Shown here in pieces: positions 44,206 to 48,974 of a DNA stretch of 48,974 bases. The DNA is taken from contig DATKWG010000080.1 in assembly GCA_035529675.1 (NCBI GenBank), positions 1-48,974 on the forward strand. The letters are read 5' to 3'. The position numbers and the translations under genes are program-made. Each line of letters opens with the position of its first letter. Within the stretch, counting starts at the first letter, position 1. This stretch comes from Anaerolineae bacterium (GTDB lineage Bacteria > Chloroflexota > Anaerolineae > UBA1429). Under the pieces are notes generated by a model. It saw only the letters and a program-made list of their open reading frames with translations, ran no database searches and had not been told where the DNA came from.

Positions 44206-44508
44206 ATGGTTCGCATTCGACTTCTTCGTGTAGGTGCCAAGAAGCAGCCCAGCTATCGAGTGGTGGTGGCCGATCAGCGGGCTCCGCGTGATGGCCGTTT
44301 CATCGAGATCATTGGACACTATAACCCTCGCACCGATCCACCCACGGTGGTCATCGAGGAAGAGCGGGCGATTTTCTGGTTGGCCAGGGGGGCTCAACCC
44401 AGCGAGGCCGTCTCTCGCATGTTGACCAAGCTCGGCATCATAGAAAAGTTCCTGAGCTCCAAGAGCGAGGGTCAGGCGCAGCCTGAGTCCGAGGCGGAGA
44501 CCGGGTGA
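44206..44508 (+). CDS. rpsP: 30S ribosomal protein S16
   Basis: [38 protein letters not shown]. Confidence 0.95.
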   Translation: MVRIRLLRVGAKKQPSYRVVVADQRAPRDGRFIEIIGHYNPRTDPPTVVIEEERAIFWLARGAQPSEAVSRMLTKLGIIEKFLSSKSEGQAQPESEAETG

Positions 44509-44522
44509 CTGGAGGGTGAGGA

Positions 44523-44753
44523 ATGCGAGAGCTAGTGGAGTACGTGGCCAAATCTCTGGTTGACAACCCAGACGCCGTCAAAGTCACGCAGATTCGCAGC
44601 CCGCATGCCACCATCTTGAAACTATACGTGGCACAGGATGACAAGGGCGTGGTGATTGGCAGGCGTGGGCGCGTGGCCAACGCCATGCGCACTTTGCTGA
44701 GAGTTGCCTCCTCCGTGAGAAGGGGGCAGCGCGTCATTCTCGAGATCGTCTGA
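44523..44753 (+). CDS. KH domain RNA-binding protein (YlqC/UPF0109)
   Basis: LVEYVAKSLVDNPDAV...DKGVVIGRRGRVANAMRTLL. Conserved position between rpsP and rimM. Confidence 0.85.
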   Translation: MRELVEYVAKSLVDNPDAVKVTQIRSPHATILKLYVAQDDKGVVIGRRGRVANAMRTLLRVASSVRRGQRVILEIV

Positions 44754-44831
44754 ATGAGTGCTGGGGCACAGGCAAGAGACGGGCGACGGTCCTGCGAGGA
44801 CGTCGCCTCGTTGTCTTGACGGAGCGGACGA

Positions 44832-45350
44832 GTGCATCCCTCGATCACAGGCAGGGTCACCCACCTGGTCGTCGGTCGGGTTGTCGCGCCCAGGGGACTG
44901 CATGGGGAGCTCAAGGTCTCAATAGAGACGGATGATCCCGAACGCTTCGGCTTGCTGCGCGAGGTATACCTGGGCGATGGGTTGGTTCGGTTCGAGGTGA
45001 AGCGCGTTCGGCTGCACCTCGGCCAGGCGTTGCTGGAACTGGGTGGCATCGAAAGCCGGACTGCTGCCGAGAGTTGGCGAAACGCATACGTCTACGTCCC
45101 TCTGGAGGAGGCTCTCCCTCTGGCGGAGGGGGAATACTACTATCACCAGATCGAAGGCCTCACCGTCGTCACTGTCGGGGGCGAGGTGCTGGGGCAGGTC
45201 ACCGAGGTGCTACCCACCGGAGCCAACGAGGTCTATGTCGTTCAAGGGGGCGAGGGAGAGATACTTCTCCCCGCACTCAAGGACGTCATCATCCGAATCG
45301 ACCTGGACGCGGGGACCATGGTGGTTCGCCTTCCAAACGGCCTATCCTAG
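44832..45350 (+). CDS. rimM: ribosome maturation factor RimM
   Basis: VGRVVAPRGLHGELKV...EGEYYYHQIEGL.V......G.V.EVLPTGANEVYVV. GTG start. Confidence 0.9.
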   Translation: MHPSITGRVTHLVVGRVVAPRGLHGELKVSIETDDPERFGLLREVYLGDGLVRFEVKRVRLHLGQALLELGGIESRTAAESWRNAYVYVPLEEALPLAEGEYYYHQIEGLTVVTVGGEVLGQVTEVLPTGANEVYVVQGGEGEILLPALKDVIIRIDLDAGTMVVRLPNGLS

Positions 45351-45375
45351 ACTGCCCCCTCCCAGGAGCGCAGCG

Positions 45376-46461
45376 ATGAGCGATGTCCGCTATTGGCTTG
45401 GCTTCAATCTGGTCTCCGGCATCGGTCCCGTTGGGGTGCTTCGCCTGCTCAGGCATTTCGGCGATCTGGAGGCAGCCTGGAAGACGAACGCTGCCACGCT
45501 GAGAGCAGTCGGCTTGCGGCAGGATGGCCTAGAGCAACTGATAACTCGGCGCTCGCACATGGACCTTGATGCCGAGCTGGACAAAGTGAAAGCTGCGGGT
45601 GTCCACATCGTCACCTGGGACGACGAGGGCTATCCTTCACTGCTCAAGAGCATCGATCAGTCCCCTCCTCTCCTCTATGTGCGCGGCAACATCCTCCCCG
45701 ACGATGCCTTTGCCCTGGCCATTGTGGGCACGCGCAAGGCCACAGACTACGGTATGGAGGTCACGCGCCGGCTGGCCAGCGAACTTGCTGAGAGCCGCGT
45801 CACCGTGGTCAGTGGCATGGCCTTGGGCATCGACGGCACGGCCCACAGGGCTGCGTTGGACGCTGGCGGCCGCACGATTGCCGTCTTTGGGTGTGGCTTG
45901 GACACCATATACCCGCCGCAGCATCATAAGTTGGCCCGACGCATCGCCCGTTCCGGAGCCCTCATCTCAGACTACCCCTTGGGCACAGCGCCAGAACCCA
46001 ACAACTTTCCCCCACGTAATCGCATCATCAGCGGTCTCTCGTTGGGGACGCTGGTGACTGAGGCGGGGATAAAGAGCGGGGCGCTGATCACCGCGCGCTT
46101 TGCCCTGGACCAGGGGCGCGAGACCTTTGCTGTGCCGGGTAACATCCGTAGCCACACGAGCGCGGGCACCAACGCTCTGATACAACGAGGCGAGGCCAAG
46201 CTGGTCACCTGTGTCGTAGACATCCTCGAGGAACTCAATCTGACCATGATCTCGCAGCAAAAAGAGGTGCGGACGATAGTGCCCGATACTCCCATGGAAG
46301 AGACTCTGCTCGGATACCTGGGAGCGGAACCGGTGCACCTGGACGAGATCGTGCGGGGCTCGGGCTTATCGACGGCCAGTGTGTCGAGCACACTGTGTAT
46401 GATGGAGCTGAAGGGCATGGTGCGCCGCGTCGATAGCATGTCCTACGTTCTGGCGCACTGA
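45376..46461 (+). CDS. dprA: DNA-processing protein DprA
   Basis: Start re-set to MSDVRYWLGFNLVSGIGP (ATG 45376, after AGGAG). GTRKATDYG, SGMALGIDGTAHRAAL, and a C-terminal winged-helix region. Confidence 0.9.
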   Translation: MSDVRYWLGFNLVSGIGPVGVLRLLRHFGDLEAAWKTNAATLRAVGLRQDGLEQLITRRSHMDLDAELDKVKAAGVHIVTWDDEGYPSLLKSIDQSPPLLYVRGNILPDDAFALAIVGTRKATDYGMEVTRRLASELAESRVTVVSGMALGIDGTAHRAALDAGGRTIAVFGCGLDTIYPPQHHKLARRIARSGALISDYPLGTAPEPNNFPPRNRIISGLSLGTLVTEAGIKSGALITARFALDQGRETFAVPGNIRSHTSAGTNALIQRGEAKLVTCVVDILEELNLTMISQQKEVRTIVPDTPMEETLLGYLGAEPVHLDEIVRGSGLSTASVSSTLCMMELKGMVRRVDSMSYVLAH

Positions 46462-46485
46462 AGGGAGAAACGGTTAGACGCCAAG

Positions 46486-47604
46486 ATGGCTTCCAAAACG
46501 TCGAAAGCGGATCTCAGCGACGTCCACATCGCGATTCTTGCGGGCGGCAGCGGCACGCGCCTCTGGCCTCGTAGCCGCAGAAGGCGTCCCAAACAGCTCC
46601 TGAATCTGGTTGGCAAACGCTCTCTACTGCAACAGACCATAAGCCGCGCGCTCAGTCTGGTGCCCTTGGAACGCATCTATGTTCTCACCGGTCCTGAACA
46701 TGCTCCTCTGGTTGCCCAGCACGTACCACAGATGCTGCGGAGCAACATCCTTGTCGAGCCCTCGCCACGGGGCACAGCACCAAGCCTGGGGCTTGCCGCC
46801 GTCAGGCTACGGGGCATTGTGTCGTCAGGGCAAGAGGTCATGGTTTCGCTGCACGCCGACCACACCATCGCACGAGAAGAGCGCTTTCGGGCGGCCCTCG
46901 TGGCTGCGGTTGCAGCCGCCCGACGAGGCTTCATCGCCACGGTGGGCATCGTCCCCGGCTATCCCGAAACCGGCTTTGGCTACATTGAACGTGGCCGGCC
47001 TCTGGGCCGCGAACTGGGCCAGGACATCTATCGCGTGGAGCGCTTCACCGAAAAGCCCACCCTCGGGCAAGCAGGCGAATTCGTGGCCAGTGGGCGTTTC
47101 TACTGGAACACAGGGTACTTTGCCTGGACGCTGGAACGCATCCTTGAGGAATACCGTCGGCTGCTACCCGAGATGTACGCTATCTTGAACCAGGTGGCTG
47201 AGCTCGCGTGCTTTCCCGCAGACAGCGACGCGGTGGAGCGTTTGTGGAATCAGATCGAGCCAACCACCATCGATGTGGGTATCATGGAGCGGTCCTCAAA
47301 TGTGGCCGTCGTTCCTTGTGACCTGGGCTGGAACGACATCGGCAGCTGGTCTGCCCTGTTCGACATCCTTCCACATGATGCCCAACACAACGTCGTCTTG
47401 GGCAACGGTGAGCATGTGGGACTGCATACGTCGAATTCGCTGCTCTACACCGAGGGCGGGCGGCTGGTCGCTACCATCGGCCTGGAGGGAATGATCGTGG
47501 TCGATACGGGCGACGCAGTCTTGGTGTTGCCCAAGAGTCGGGCTCAAGAGGTCAGTGCGCTGGTCGAGGCGTTGCGCGAACGAGGGCTGGAGGAGTATCT
47601 GTAG
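46486..47604 (+). CDS. mannose-1-phosphate guanylyltransferase (nucleotidyltransferase-only form)
   Basis: AILAGGSGTRLWPRSR...PKQLL, EPSPRGTAP, GFGYIE, FTEKP, FYWNTGYF, DLGWNDIGSW. Confidence 0.85.
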   Translation: MASKTSKADLSDVHIAILAGGSGTRLWPRSRRRRPKQLLNLVGKRSLLQQTISRALSLVPLERIYVLTGPEHAPLVAQHVPQMLRSNILVEPSPRGTAPSLGLAAVRLRGIVSSGQEVMVSLHADHTIAREERFRAALVAAVAAARRGFIATVGIVPGYPETGFGYIERGRPLGRELGQDIYRVERFTEKPTLGQAGEFVASGRFYWNTGYFAWTLERILEEYRRLLPEMYAILNQVAELACFPADSDAVERLWNQIEPTTIDVGIMERSSNVAVVPCDLGWNDIGSWSALFDILPHDAQHNVVLGNGEHVGLHTSNSLLYTEGGRLVATIGLEGMIVVDTGDAVLVLPKSRAQEVSALVEALRERGLEEYL

Positions 47605-47691
47605 GCAGCTGCTGCAGAACTCGGGGCGCGCGCGTCTGCCGCAGCACCCGTGCTACTGTCGTATAGATTCTATCTCAGTAGGCTGTGTTTT

Positions 47692-47762
47692 GTAGGGGCG
47701 CATGTGCCCCGGCATCTCCGGCCTTCGGCCTTCGACCGGGATCTGCGACGATGCGCCCATAC
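47692..47762 (-). repeat. 71-bp long form of the palindromic element (inverted relative to 40953-41022)
   Basis: GTAGGGGCGCATGTGCCCCGGCATCTCCGGCCTTCGGCCTTCGACCGGGATCTGCGACGATGCGCCCATAC. The flank CCCCTACAAAAC (reverse strand) is shared with the 9931-9956 copy. Confidence 0.85.
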
Positions 47763-47829
47763 ACCCAGCCATATTCTGTAACACTCTCCTAGGGTTGACA
47801 ATCGACTTGCACCATTGAGGAAAGATACA

Positions 47830-48974
47830 TTGCAAGCAGAGATCGTTACCATTGGCACTGAGCTGTTGCTCGGTGAGATCGTGGATACCAACTCGGCCTG
47901 GATCGCCCAGCGACTGACTACCATCGGGCTCGACCTCTACTACACCACAACCGTGGGCGACAACCTGGGACGCATCGCCGACGTTCTCCGGCGCAGTCTG
48001 CGGCGCTCCAACGTGGTCATCACCACCGGGGGCTTGGGGCCCACCGTGGATGACGTCACTCGCCTGGCGGTGGCCGAGGCGACTGATCGTGAGCTGGTGC
48101 TGGACCAAGAGCTCGTCCAGGAGATCTCCCGCTACTTTGCCAGGCGCGGCCATCAGATGACCGAGAACAACCGCAAGCAGGCTCACCTGCCAGAGGGAGC
48201 ACGGGTGATTCACAATCCCGTAGGCACGGCACCCGCCTTCGCCGTGGACCACAATGGCCACGTTGTCATCTGCCTGCCCGGCGTGCCCCACGAGATGCGC
48301 TATCTGATGGAGCACGAGGTTCTGCCCTACCTGCGCGAGCGCTACGGATTGACAGGCGTCATCAAGAGTCGCACGCTGCGAACCTGTGGCATTGGTGAAA
48401 GCACTGTGGATTCAAGGATCGGCGACCTGATGCGCCTGTCGAACCCCACGGTGGGCACCAGGGCGCATCCGGGCCAAACCGATGTGCAGATCACTGCCAA
48501 AGCCGATAGCCAAGCCGAGGCGGACGCCCTCATCGCGCCCGTGGAGGCCGAGCTGCGGGCCCGCCTGGGAGACGTGATCTTTGGCGCGGACGAGGAGACC
48601 ATGGCCGACGTGGTGATTCGGTTGCTCACCGAAAGGGGTCTGTGCCTTGGCCTGGTTGAGACCGCTACGCAAGGCGAGCTGGCCCAAAGGCTCAGCGGTG
48701 CGGCGACGGGCAGCGAGGCCTTTGCCGGCGGCATGGTGCTGGGGAACGCCGAGGCCTTGTGGCGCGTGTTGGGTGTGCCCGCGGACCTCGTCACCGAGGA
48801 TAGCTTCCCCAGCCAAGACGTGGCCGACGCCGCCGCGCGAGCAGTGCGCAGGCTTCAGGCTGCGGATGTGGGCCTGGCCGTCATCGGACCGCGCGACCCA
48901 GCGGCAGCGGATGCGCCCCCCGTCAATTTCAGCCTGGCCATTGGAGATCGGTTGGTTCAAGGGCGGTCGCGCCA
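47830..48974 (+). CDS. cinA: CinA family protein (MoCF-binding domain plus CinA/PncC-like domain), 3' partial
   Basis: Not in the ORF track because it runs off the window. Hand translation from TTG 47830 (GAGGAAAG 5 nt upstream) gives (M)QAEIVTIGTELLLGEIVDTNSAWIAQRL...VVITTGGLGPTVDDVT...NPVGTAPAF...CLPGVPHEM, open to position 48974. Confidence 0.85.
   Translation, partial: MQAEIVTIGTELLLGEIVDTNSAWIAQRLTTIGLDLYYTTTVGDNLGRIADVLRRSLRRSNVVITTGGLGPTVDDVTRLAVAEATDRELVLDQELVQEISRYFARRGHQMTENNRKQAHLPEGARVIHNPVGTAPAFAVDHNGHVVICLPGVPHEMRYLMEHEVLPYLRERYGLTGVIKSRTLRTCGIGESTVDSRIGDLMRLSNPTVGTRAHPGQTDVQITAKADSQAEADALIAPVEAELRARLGDVIFGADEETMADVVIRLLTERGLCLGLVETATQGELAQRLSGAATGSEAFAGGMVLGNAEALWRVLGVPADLVTEDSFPSQDVADAAARAVRRLQAADVGLAVIGPRDPAAADAPPVNFSLAIGDRLVQGRSR

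Overview
GC-rich bacterial chromosomal window. The gene content and style suggest a Chloroflexota-like organism: Pro/Thr/Glu-rich linkers on exported proteins, DUF4012, RNase J, a TtuA/TtuB pair and a T-box leader. This taxonomic guess is an inference only. About 40 genes are supportable and most are housekeeping. From left to right they are: a Mut7-C RNase-domain protein; a disrupted DUF4012 gene; a DUF4139 exported protein; a decayed zinc-ribbon transposase remnant with three copies of a short repeat; a Tat-signal DUF362 lipoprotein plus a NapH-like membrane polyferredoxin; pheS-pheT behind a Phe (UUC) T-box leader; a hotdog thioesterase; ftsH; a complete hypA-B-F-C-D-E NiFe-hydrogenase maturation operon with no hydrogenase structural genes in the window; family-4 uracil-DNA glycosylase; RNase J; a TIGR03960-like radical SAM protein; pgeF-yggS-proC-yggT; a large NTPase-transmembrane-TolB-propeller fusion protein co-oriented with a COG1579-type zinc-ribbon protein; comF; rdgB; era; ttuA/ttuB-like tRNA thiolation genes divergent from a tungsten-type aldehyde:ferredoxin oxidoreductase; a GH29 fucosidase; a membrane-anchored double arrestin/Spo0M-like protein; ffh; rpsP-KH-rimM; dprA; a mannose-1-P guanylyltransferase; and a partial cinA. 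Many track ORFs are antisense shadows or have over-extended N-termini, so I re-set several starts using Shine-Dalgarno motifs and family N-termini. I did not find a clear-cut novel system such as CRISPR, a retron, a DGR, or a recognisable defence or toxin island. The candidates most worth follow-up are the NTPase-TM-propeller fusion, the Tat-DUF362/polyferredoxin pair, the chimeric and disrupted DUF4012 gene, a 0.5-kb non-coding ftsH-hypA spacer with an orphan promoter, and a GTAGGGGCG...CGCCCCTAC palindromic repeat family with four intergenic copies in short and long forms.
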